A stretch of DNA of 64,000 bases, taken from the NCBI GenBank assembly GCA_009103225.1, contig RHPI01000810.1, forward strand, positions 124,001 to 188,000, written 5' to 3'. The notes beneath the pieces were generated by a model. It was not told the DNA's origin, ran no database searches, and saw only the letters and a program-made list of their open reading frames with translations. Within the stretch, counting starts at the first letter, position 1; every line of letters begins with the position of its first letter. This DNA is from Chlorokybus atmophyticus (taxonomy: Eukaryota > Plantae > Mesostigma and Chlorokybus algae). A program made the position numbers and the translations under genes. This document shows, piece by piece, positions 1-11,499 of this stretch.

Positions 1-504
1 CAGCAGCAAAGGGTCAATGTTGCTCTGCAGCAACTTCTTGCTCAACGCCTCCAGGGACCGCCGGCGCACATTGCGATCGGCATCGGAAAGTCCGTTGATG
101 TCCCGTTGAATTGTCTGGTACAAAACGGAGAGACGAGATTCTTAACCACCAAGTGCACAGACAATTTGCTGGAAAGCTATCATCAATAAAAACAACGCGC
201 GAAAGTGCATTACGCTGTATTCCTGAAGCTCTGTCCAATTGCACACATGTGGTGCACACAATATGGACTGAAGTAAGAGCTAAGCTGCTTGTTGAAAACC
301 ACGCAGAACGGGTGAATGAAGGCGTCAGAGCAAAAATATAGCAACCATAGAATTATATGCTGGATTTACCACGCCATGCAATTCACAAACAGCGCGCAAG
401 GTGACAAGTACAAGCTGCCGCTGACGAGTTAATAATGCAAACTCACGAGCATGCACCTGCAAGATCTCACTGCGGGCAGCACCGCCGCCCGACCCTTCCT
501 CCAT
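1..504 (-). CDS. DNAAF5: Dynein axonemal assembly factor 5 (HEATR2)-like, 5' part only; exon 1 504-457, exon 2 114-<1
   Basis: Splicing 457|GT...AG|114 gives MEEGSGGGAARSEILQ-TIQRDINGLSDADRNVRRRSLEALSKKL, resembling the DNAAF5 N-terminal motif RDINxLxDxxRxxRRRxLExL. The gene runs off the window. Confidence 0.72.
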
Positions 505-845
505 GATCACAGCAGCGCCAGCAGCATTGGCGCTTTGAGCTATAACTTTTACAGCTTCATCCCATGCCGGTTGCGCTGCGCTACAACGAACCCTGCAATG
601 CAAGCGCCCTCAAAGTCAAGGACCATGCCGACAACCTCCACCGCCGCCGCGGTCCATTAACCAACAATAATTGCTGCAACAACACTGTTGCTTTTGCCTC
701 ACCAGAAGCTTGTGCGAGACGCACAGTCTTGTGCGCTACCGCACAAGAAAAGGCCTAACCCTAGGCGAAAGTGGCGGCGAGGGTGGTGGCGATGGCGGCG
801 GCGAGGATGGAGGCCTGAGGGGACGTGAAAGCTCTGTTTGTAGAT
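505..845. promoter_or_regulatory. Short bidirectional promoter region between DNAAF5 and CBF5, with telobox-like CTAACCCTAG at 755-764
   Basis: Divergent ATGs at 504 (-) and 846 (+). Telobox-type motifs are typical of plant ribosome-biogenesis promoters. Confidence 0.5.
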
Positions 846-3292
846 ATGGGTTCGGAGAAGAAGGAAAAGAAGGAGAAGAAAGAAAAGAAGGCTGCGGTGG
901 CTGGAGGAGGAGCTGGAGCAGCGGACGCCAACGGGGCCGCCACCGCGGTGGCTCAGCAGACCACAGACTTCCTCATCAAACCGGAGTCGACCACAGCGCC
1001 GCTTGACACATCCAAGTGGCCCCTTCTGCTGAAGGTGTGTTGTGCTGGAAATGCATATTTGCAAAGGTAAGTTTTGTGTTATCGTTATACCGGGCACATG
1101 ACTTAGTAAGTTGTTTGGACTGGGCTCAGCAGAGTCAGCTGGTTGGTCAATTGTATGCTACTCGCATTTTTAGCTTGCGAGGCAGGCATTCAGCTCAAAC
1201 ACTCATCAAAGATTCTGTAGACTATTATCGCTGTCATAGCAAAAAGTGCATGCTTGTACGTAGCGGTCATTGGATGGTGTGGCAGTATGTGCGACCTATA
1301 TGTAGCAGGAGTTTGCCGCTTATGAAGTTAACAGCCAGTTGTTGGCGGCGCGCAAGCTCTGCACATTTAGACCAATTTTCGCATTCAGAGTCCAACCTTG
1401 GTATGATCAGTTCTGTGATCTGTCGGGCGGGCTCTTGAAGAATGATGCATCTGACAGTACTCACTTAGTTTATGCACGGGCCCGAAGTTGCTGATAATGT
1501 GTCGCTATACTTCCTGATAGGACTCTGGTGATGCTTATTGAAAGGGTTTATGTAGTAGTGCGCTTGCTTGCTCAATGCAGCGCTGAATGCCTTCAGCTCG
1601 GCATCGAACAAGCATTATGCATGCATGGTTAGGTCAACTGTCATTGTGTTTGACAGAATTACGATAAGTTGAACGTCCGAACTGGCCATTACACGCCAAT
1701 CCCTACCGGGCACTCACCACTTCAGCGACCGTTATACGACTACGTCCGCTACGGAGTTATTAACCTTGATAAGCCCTCCAATCCCTCTAGCCACGAGGTG
1801 ATTGACTGTGGCGGTGTTGTGAGCGACGTTCTTGTGCTTGCATGAAAAGTGTGTGAGTGTCGCTTCTTGGTTTGCAGGTGGTGGCATGGATTCGTCGCAT
1901 GCTCAGGGTAGACAAAACCGGTCACAGCGGCACACTTGATCCGAAGGTCACAGGCTCGCTCATAGTCTGTGTAGACCGAGCAACACGCCTTGTTAAAGCG
2001 CAGCAGGGTGCTGGCAAGGAGTATGTCTGTGTTGCTCGCCTACATAGCGCTGTTGAGAGCCAAGCCAAGGTACAAGCTGCTTAACAGATGTCAGATTTGC
2101 TGAAAACCTTCTAGCTGACTGCGCTCGCGCTAATTATGGTTGCTGACTAGCTCCAATGCGGTGGCTAAGTTCTGATGCGGTTGGTGTTCTGTCGCCTCAG
2201 GTTGCGCGCGCAATTGAAACCTTGACTGGTGCTCTTTTCCAGCGCCCGCCTCTCATCTCTGCAGTCAAGCGGCAGCTGCGTATACGAACCATTTACCAAA
2301 GCAAGCTCCTGCAGTATGACGCTGAAAGACATCTTGTGGTCTTTTGGGTGTCGTGCGAGGCCGGCACTTATGTGCGTACCCTCTGCGTCCACTTGGGCCT
2401 CCTGCTGGGGGTTGGAGGACATATGCAAGAGCTGCGTCGCGTGCGTTCGGGCATTCTCGGGGAGCGGGACAATCTCGTCACCATGCACGACGTCCTGGAC
2501 GCTCAATGGACGTACGACAACTACAAGGATGAGGCGTATCTGCGCAGGGTAATTATGCCTCTGGAGGTGCTGCTCACCAACTACAAGCGGCTAGTAGTGA
2601 AGGACTCTGCAGTAAACGCCATCTGCTATGGTGCCAAACTGATGATCCCTGGCCTTCTACGATATGAGTCGGGCATTGAAGTCAGCGAGGAGGTTGTTCT
2701 CATGACCACCAAGGGCGAGGCAATTGCACTTGGCATAGCGCAGATGACAACAGCTGTCATGGCCACTTGCGATCACGGCGTGGTTGCCAAGGTGAAGAGG
2801 GTAGTCATGGAGCGAGATACGTACCCGAGAAGGTGGGGTCTCGGGCCCATGGCCCAACAGAAGAAGAAGATGGTATCTCAAGGCCTACTGGACAAGCACG
2901 GCAGGCCAACAGACAAGACCCCAGCAGAGTGGCTCAAGTCAGTACCTGCTTTGGACTCCAGGCCAGCTGGCTCTGATGCAGATATCGCTAAGGATGCGGC
3001 AGCAACTCCCTCAGTGAAGACAGAGCCTGTCGAGCCTGCGGAAGCCAACGGCAGCGCAAAGAAGAAAAAAGACAAGAAAGCCAAGGCTGATGTCGAGGTC
3101 AAAGATGAGGAGCCTGAGGCTGAGCCCAAGACAGAGAAGAAGCGCAAGAAGGAGAAGAAAGACGCCGTTGCAGACGGCACTCCAAGCGAGAGCGCAGAAA
3201 AGAAGAAGAAAAAGAAGAAGGTCAAGGAAGAATCAGAGTCGCCACCGGCTTCTCCTGTCGAGAAGAAGAAAAAGAAGAAGCCTGAGGCCTAG
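846..3292 (+). CDS. CBF5: H/ACA snoRNP pseudouridine synthase dyskerin/Cbf5/NAP57; exons 846-1034, 1657-1797, 1878-2069, 2201-3292
   Basis: WPLLLK|[25 protein letters not shown]|[16 protein letters not shown] (catalytic Asp), [14 protein letters not shown] domain, KKE-rich tails. All introns are GT-AG and in frame. Confidence 0.97.
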
Positions 3293-3549
3293 GAGCTTGG
3301 CTTTGCTTGCTGTCCGTAGTTGCAGGTTGTCCTTTTGACTGTACAGTTAGATCAGCAGTTATTACAAGCTGTGCACCAGCCTTTTTTCCAAGGAGCACTA
3401 AGCACGACCTCGTTTGTTTTCTCTCACATGCAGCAGTGGGGAGTTACAGGTTTCTGCGGTCATTGATTACAGCAAGTACAGGGTGTTGTGTTGTACAGTT
3501 GGTGGTGCTTGTTGCAATCTCAGTTGCACTCATACTCCGTGCATAGTGG

Positions 3550-6140
3550 CAGCAAAATGTGCTGGGGTTGCGGAGTGCAAAATGACTGCTCATGCATGCT
3601 GCTGCAGCGCCCTCGAAGATTAGTTTGGAAGGCACATTTGCGAGGATCAAGACTGACCAGGGCCCCTGCAGGCAAGGGCTTGGTAGTGCGTGCATGTGGC
3701 GCGTTTCCTATATAGCTGGTGATCTTCACAACACAATTGTCTACACATATCATCTCGACACGCGCTTGTCACACCCAGACCTTACAGCAGAATGGCGCGA
3801 AGCACATGACAGCGAGTGCATGGGGAGCAGTGGAGTTTCCCGTATGACCAAGGCATAGTGCATAGCGACAGCACAGCCCAAGGGAGTGTGGCATTTGGCG
3901 CCGATAAACGGAACCCTAACAAAACGACGCAGTCGCCACAGTGTGAACGACACAGCTGTAGGTGGAGGAGCGGGAGTCCGTTCGAAGTCTGCTGCTGCTA
4001 ACGCTGCAAGGATAAGGCCACTAACCAGCAGCCGTGGTGCAGGTGACTACGACGTCTGCATATGCATGCATGTCTAACGAGGCGGGCGGGCGATTAGTTG
4101 TAGGGTTGTAGTGTAGTAGATAGCCCGGTGGTGACAACCATGAGATGTACAGTACTGTTTGGGTGGTGTGCGTGTTGCATGGTGTTGCGTGCGCACAACA
4201 GCACGTCGGATACCATGTACACTCAAAGAGGGTTTGTGCGAACACGTAGCACGCGTGTACATATATTCAATCGCCAACTGGGTACAATGCTCCAGCGATG
4301 GCAGCGCTCAAGCTGCCTCACACCTGTACATGACTGTGAAGCTCCACAAAGACCCCCCGAAACCCCACTTCATAGCGGCTGCTTGCAATACAAAGTCCCT
4401 TGCCACTGTCAGCATTTGGCTGACACGTGCATACAAAACTTAATCCCCTATGTTTGATTGGCTCTGCGCACATACGGTGGGAGTGCAAGGAGTGACCAAC
4501 AGTTGGATATTGCGGGATTCCTTGGGAGTGCAGCGTCTCTTTCAGCACTTTAACACCACTCGCTCCAACACAGATAAGCTCGTGCCATTGCAGCTCATGT
4601 CTTATGACTTGACAAATCTGTGAACAAACATACATCATGCGGACCTCTTGCAATGCATGGACGCACTTGTACAAGATCTGTTTGCCCATGCTGCTACACT
4701 GCACAGAGGATCAACTGTGCTCAACTTGACGTTTGACCGTGGTGTGTTGCAACATCAGTGGGTGCGGTATATATCGCGAGCCAGAGAGATACCAAAACAA
4801 CCAAGCTCTACACGCCAGCGGTCCTGACGTCACTGTTATCGTACTTGGCTAACCTGTACGTTAACACTGCAGGGGACCGGCTACACAAACAGTCTATTGG
4901 CATACCCATGGGGAACAACGCTGGGTTTACTTGGTTGATCCGTATCTAGGTTTCAAAGAGCTCACGTTTGCCCGCAACCTCAAAGCGCAAGGCCGTCAAG
5001 ACCAGCTCAACACGTGGTGCACCTTCGTGTTGAGGTATGTTGATGACTTGTTGGTCATATCTGTGCCAGGGTTTGAGGATGTCATGTATACGGGTGAACA
5101 TGTGCTGGGTGGAGGGATCTACCCGCAGAAGACACCAACTCTGACGCAGTCAGCTGTGGGTACTTCCAATCAACTTCCTAGACATGACACTGTTCCAAAC
5201 ACAAGACATTGGTATCTGCTCCCGCAGCTACTGCAAGCTCAACGAAACACACTTCAAAAGCATTCCAAGTCGACGTGTACCACATCCAGGAACCAATATT
5301 TCAAAACACGCCAAATTGGGGGTCATTGTCTCGCAATGCATAAGGTTCTGAAGACTGAGTACATACCGCTCTCACTATGTGCGTGAGAGTGGCAGGCCTT
5401 CTACATGCAATGCAGCGTGAAGGTTATGCCAAGCAAACGGTGGTGGGTAAGCTACGCAGGTGGATGTACGCGCAGCGAGGTATGCTGTACGACAGCACGT
5501 ACAAGTATCTCTTCCAACCGATGTGCAAGAGATTGTCCGCAATGGAGACAACATTTGCACCAGCACACATGTAAGTGCAGGTGAGTGTCAGGTAAGTAAG
5601 TGCGTGGAGCAGCTTGACTGCCCGCATGTAAGTTCGGGGCTGTGTATATGGTCAAGGTCTGAGGCTGTGTGCGATGCTGGTGGTGCTATGGTACTGTGTG
5701 GCAATGTGTTTTATGGTTGGCAACGCATTTGCACTGTCACACCTATCCCTATGCTGTTGCAACGGCAACAAACGTTGTGCCTGCTAAGCTAATGTCGGGT
5801 CTTAAGCACACAGGACTGGTAAGACCCGGCGAGTGATACTTGAGCGGCAGCAGAGCATTCTGGCGGCGGGGGCCATACAGCAGTTGTCGTGGTCGTGGTG
5901 GTCGTCCTTGTCATCGTCATGCATGCTGGACCCTTCCGCTAGCACGGCCTGACCTCTACCTTCTCCTTCTGCGCTCTGCAGGTTGACTTGCCTACGTTGC
6001 TGCTTGCCTGCCTGCTGCCTGCCACGTTGCTGCCTGAGGTCTAGAGTCTAGGGTTGTGTTGTGTGCTGCATAGTACAACTCTGTGTTAGCCCCCGCTTAA
6101 TTCAGTTTACTCTGTGCTTGCTGGCTTGCACTGCATTGGC
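3550..6140 (+). mobile_element. Degenerate Penelope-like retroelement (RT at ORF C-terminus, Chlamys/Naiad-like), with stops and frameshifts; ends approximate
   Basis: Colinear PLE RT motifs across frames: YMTVKLHKDPPKPHFIAA (about 4326-4380), SYDLTNL*TNI (4600-4632), QSIGIPMG (4890-4913), RYVDDLL (5033-5053), GIYP (5114-5125), thumb PHPGTNISKHAKLGVIVSQCIRF* (5280-5351). The ORF ends at 5574. The 3' non-coding part is homologous to 48330-48620 (-). Confidence 0.8.
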
Positions 6141-6398
6141 ACCTTCGGTGGAGTTTGCTTTGGCAACTCTTATGTTTGATATGCATCAAAACCAATTTAT
6201 GTACATAGATGTATAGGTCAAGATGGAGATGTATATGTAACAACACTAGGGACAACAGCGTTCAGATGACCATGCGTGCAACACAGGATGCAAAGAGTGG
6301 CGCAAAGAACCTGCACGTATGTGAGTGTGGGCGAGGTCGACTCAGCAGGTGCCAGTACAAAGCATCTTCTGGCTTGACCTGTAAGTGCACTGCACTTG

Positions 6399-8051
6399 TC
6401 AATGACCAGTGCTGTCATCTATTGACGTTGCTTTGCTATTGTCCATGCGCGCAAGTCGACGTAAGCCAAGCACTTGTTTGCGCCAATCTGCTGCCGGAGT
6501 GGCAGGGAAGCCGGCATAGTCACCAGGGATTGTGACATCTTTGGTTACACCAGCGCATGCACCGACCCGCACCTGAGTTGTTGACAAGCAGTAATAAGAG
6601 GCTGAACACCATACACACCCAGACGCGCATGCACGCATGCACGCACATGCACACGTACACGCCCCACGTGCATAAATCTGAAGCCTTGAGGGGCCAGGTA
6701 GCAAGTAGGGGCCAGGCATCCTACCTTTGAGCAGATGGTAACATGGTCAACAACTCCACTCTTGCCACCCATGACAACGTAGTCGCCAAGCGTGGATGAG
6801 CCAGCCAGCCCCACCTGGCCGCAAATAACACAGCAACGGCCTAATACACAGTTGTGACCAATCTGCACCAAGTTATCGATCTTTGTATGCTCGCCAATCA
6901 CCGTGTCTCGCCAGCTCCCACGGTCCACGCACGAGTTGGCACCTACTTCCACGTGGTCTTGCACACGCACCTGTGCACAACAGGTTGGTGGAATTGAACT
7001 GAGATGATTTCTAACAAGCACATGGATGACATCTACCTTAAGCTCTTGGGGCTTCTTGACCATTCTGCCCTCTGCATCCACGTAAAACCCGAACCCGTCT
7101 TGCCCAATGGACACACCGTTGTGTAGCACGCAATGGCTGCCAATGGTGCAGTTGGACAACGACACATTGTAGTGCAGACGTGTGTGCGCGCCAACCTCAA
7201 CATCCGGGCCCACTACGCTATTCGCTCCTGCACAAGCAACAGTTACTGACCGTTTAGAGCAAAGCCAACAGAGTCCATGCGCGACAGATAAGCTAGGCAA
7301 AGATCTGTTGCAACAGACCTATGCATGGCTTGTCTGTTGCAACTCTAGCGCTGTGGCAGTACCTGTGAATGAAACGCACCTATGCAGCTCTGCTCCCCGA
7401 CCACAGCGCCCGCATGAACGACAGCGCCCACCTCCACCAGGGCTGTCTCATGCACCTTAGCCGAGACGTGCACAAGTCCACCGCCGTTTGGCCACGCAAC
7501 GTGTTCTGCTGCAATATAGAGACCAGACCAGATTAAGGTTGTTGAATCAACAAGACAGTTGGATTACAACTGTAGCATTGCCATAATGCATTGCTGTAAT
7601 GCAATGCGCTGCTGTATCTTGTGTCAGTCACAACTGGACTTGGGACACGCACATAAGTGCAGCTAACATACAAGGTGTCTGTTTGGTGCTACAAAGCATG
7701 CATGCCTGCTTGCTTGCCTTGTGTGCTATGGCCGACCTGGTCTGTGCCAGCTTCCTGGCGGTGGCGCTCCTCAACGCCGGCCATTGGCGTCGCTGAGCAG
7801 GGGACACTCCTTAACTCCCGCCTGCGGCCAGCAGGCCAAGTGACACCACCAGCAGGAACAGGCAAGGGCGGTGGGAGGGCCAGCCTGCTTCTGTTCCTCT
7901 GTGTAGTCGGCGCATTCCCGCCCAGGGGGGCGGCAAATGCGCAGGCAGGGTTGACCCAAGCGGCTGCGGCCGCAGCCATGTGTGCGGAGACACTTCCGCC
8001 GAAGATGAGTGCGTAACAACGGCGAACAGCTACCACGCCCACCAGCGGCAT
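6399..8051 (-). CDS. lpxD: UDP-3-O-acylglucosamine N-acyltransferase (LpxD, plant LpxD2-type) with N-terminal transit-peptide-like extension; 5' exon junction uncertain
   Basis: [69 protein letters not shown] hexapeptide repeats, [13 protein letters not shown] introns. Confidence 0.9.
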
Positions 8052-8883
8052 CAACCGCCGTCCTGCTTCTCCTCCTCCTGCTCTCCGCCGCCACCGCCCA
8101 ATGCCTTTGCAGCAGGGTTGCTTTCAAACAATCAAGTTGCATGGCGCCCGGGCCACCGCATACGATGCCGGTCGCAAACAGGCAACGAGTCTTGAACATG
8201 TGCACGTTCCTGAATGCACATTTGCCAACTTTCATCAAGTGAGATGGTGACTTGCGAAGCACTTGCGGCATGTTGCGGACCGGTGATCTGACCATCGAGC
8301 AGCAGAATATTGCAACGTGAGCAAAAGTCTGGCTGTGCGTTTTCATATATGCGTGGCACTTGCGGCGGCGGCGGCGGCGGCAGTGGCGGCGTTGTGGGGT
8401 CGGTCTAGGAAGTGCTGGTCGCGTGGTGTCGGGTGGCCTAGGACGTTCGGAAGCTTGCCGTTGAGTAGCTGCGACCGCATTTGCTGCTGCTGGTTGGTGA
8501 ACCAAAGCCAGCCATTGCTGCTCAGCTGCTCTGCACCTCCGGCTGCCGCCCAGTCTCCGCTAGGCCAGCGCCGATAAGCGTTAGAAGAAATTCTTGTGTC
8601 TCTGACCATCATCTTGCTAGTTGTAGGCGTGTGATTTTCCTTGCCAACCTGAACAACGCTACGCGCCGCTCGCTACTAAACCTTTTCTCCACCGGATGTG
8701 CCTAGGCTTAGTTTGCGTGTAGGGGTAGTTGCGTCATTGCCATTCTTTGCTGCTGAATTCAAGCATTGCACAAAGCAGCAGGGCGGCCTGCCATGCACAA
8801 CCGCATGCTGAGGTTGCTGCGTGTCAGCGGTAGTGTAGCGGGTTGGTAGGTGTAGAGACAGCTGACAAAGGTTGGCTGAGCTC

Positions 8884-11341
8884 ATGCGGCGGCCATGCCT
8901 TGTGCCTGTGCTTTTACTGCTGTTGCTGTTGTCGCTTGCGAGCGTGCAAGCGGCGAGTGTAGCCGACGATTGGGCCGAAGCAGCCTCGGACTTGCTAAAC
9001 AATGGCAAAGACGGAACTCTGTTATCGCAGCAAGCTCGAGATGATGGTGACTCGCCTTTACACAGCTCCACGCAGCCGTCACAAGGTTCGGTTAGCATGC
9101 GCAGCACCTCTGCCTGCCTACACTGTCTGTTGTGCATGCGTCATGCATGTACAAGCCTAGCAATGCTTTGAGCACAAACAGCAGATCACGAGGAGGACTG
9201 GGAAGAGGCCGACGAGGACTTGCAGCAATGGGTTCACGAAGACATGTCCGAAAAAGAGGTGAGTCCGCGCTTAGCATGAATCGGGTGGGAGTTTTGTTTA
9301 AAGGAGTGTTCGCCTTGGAGACGCGTTTCTGTGTGTGTATTCAGGCCCGATTTGCTTCGGAGCAAGAGTTAGAGGAGTGGGCGAAGCTGGATGTGATAGA
9401 GAATAGCGCGGTGGACCTGGAAAACCAGCAGCTGGTCGACGTGGCAAAGGCGGCGGCTTCGACGTTGATACACGGTATTGTCCGAGGCGAAGAAGAGGAT
9501 GGCTCGCTCACCATGCAATCAGACGAGATACGGGAAGCAATGGTGTGTAACAGGTGCTTTGGGTGTGTGCTTAATGTGTCGATATGTCACATGCGTGTGT
9601 CAATGTCAAGTGCCCAATTCAGGCCTTTGCAGGAGTCTGCGGCGATGTTGCGTGCACAACACTTGGATTTGGAGCAAGTTGATGCGTCTTCGACCGGTTT
9701 GGAAGCGGACTTGACATTGTCGAGCGAGTCCCCTATTCTGCGGAACTCCACGACTGGGCTCATGTACAGCGGGAACCGCCTTGTGCCCAACATGTTTATG
9801 GTCGGCTGCCAGAAGTGTGGCACTACCACGCTGTGGGCCTATCTCTTAAGGTGTGACGTGCCACTCACTGTCATTAGCAGCATCCTGTAGCTGTCATTGC
9901 CATCATCATCATTATGCAGTCATGTTCATTTGCAGTGCTGCAAGTAGTTACATGGTTGCTGCGAAGATGCACCGTAAATAAAACCGTCATTGCCTTGGTC
10001 ACACTTGCAAAGTGCTGACAATTAGCAAGCTTTCCTTCCGCCTGGTGGCAGTCAGCAGTTTGGTCGCGGTGCCGTTTGCTGCAACAAAGAGCTGAAGTTC
10101 TTCGGCGCACGGCTGCCGAAGAAGCACCCTGTAGTTCGCTACCGAAGTCGCTTCCCAAAGCTCTCTGACCCTGCCGTAGCTAACGGGGTGAGTCAACATG
10201 AGTTACTGCAACTCTTCCCTTATGACACCATGTCTCATGCGCTTTGTTGCACACTTTGTGTTATCAGTGTGCCTCTACAACATCAACATCACGCACTGAT
10301 GCGTGATGTTGCCCTTGTGTCCTCGCAGACCTTGCGATGGGTGATGGATGGCACTCCGGACTACCTATATCAGTTGCTGGTACGCCTCAGCACCTGCTGT
10401 TGCAAATAGCGTTATACTTCCCTGCAATCTATTGTTGTCGAGTCTCAGTGTGGCTTGTTTGCAGGTGCCGGCGCAGATTCAGCGCATGTATGGCTCTCTT
10501 GCGGAGGAGCTCAAGTTTGTGGCGATCTTGCGGGATCCGAAGTTCCGCTACCTGTCGTGGTTCAACCACATAGGCCGCAAGTTCCAGCGGATCCCCTGCT
10601 CCACCACTTTTGACGAGTGGGCGCCACTCGAGGTGAAGCGCACCCAAGCGTGCATGGAAGCGCACCAGCAGTGGGAAACCGCTGGAGTAAGCACACTCTT
10701 ACGAGCTCGGCTTTTGGCAACTTGTAGGTGCATTGTACGTTGAGCACCAACTAACATGTCTTTGCCATGTGCATTGTGTGTCTGCTGTTATTTTGCAGGT
10801 ATACTCCAAGTGTGGCACTCACTACATGGGTTTGTTCGGAGCGTGGTACGCCATTCAGTTCCACGCGTGGTTCCGAGTGTTCCCTCCAGACCCTGTGAAG
10901 AATAACTGGCTAATCCTGGACTTTGCTGATCTCCAGGACGACAGAATGCGCACAATAGATCAGGTGCGCAATCAGGTGTATCAGATGTATTGCTGTTGCT
11001 GATGTTGTGTTTGTGGTGAGATACAAACCGTTCACGCCTTGCTTTGTGCTGCGTGTTTATTTCGAGCGCAGTTGTTTTCATTTCTTGGCATGTCGCACAT
11101 ATCCCTGCCCGACGTGGAGTACCACCGCAACCCCGCCGAGAACCACAACGGCCTGTGGTGTCCAAACCAAAAGGTGCAGGAGGTGATGCTGAACACCACA
11201 GCGGAGCTGCTGGATAGGTTCTTTGCGCCACTGAGCGCGCAGCTCGTGCCCGTGCTCCGTAACGCCAACCTAAGCCACATGACACCCACTTTTGCCAAAT
11301 CGGCAGTCGAGTTGCTGAAAAGCAAACCACAGCACCGATAG
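8884..11341 (+). CDS. Secretory-pathway PAPS-dependent sulfotransferase (heparan-sulfate 3-O/N-sulfotransferase-like fold), multi-exon
   Basis: Hydrophobic signal/anchor MRRPCLVPVLLLLLLLSLASVQA, 5'-PSB loop MVGCQKCGTTTLWAYL, KELKFF, MDGTPDY, 3'-PB ILRDPKFRYLSWFNH. Confidence 0.85.
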
Positions 11342-11499
11342 TAGTGTGTGCAGCCGTTGGGCTATGCGCAGGTTGGATTTGTATCTGGTGGAGTGGCTTT
11401 TGTTTCAAGTTAATTCAATTTTAAATTGATACTCTGGCACTGCAAGGGCCCATTACCCAGTTTTGCACTACTTGCTGCTTGCTGTTACACAAGAGCAGT

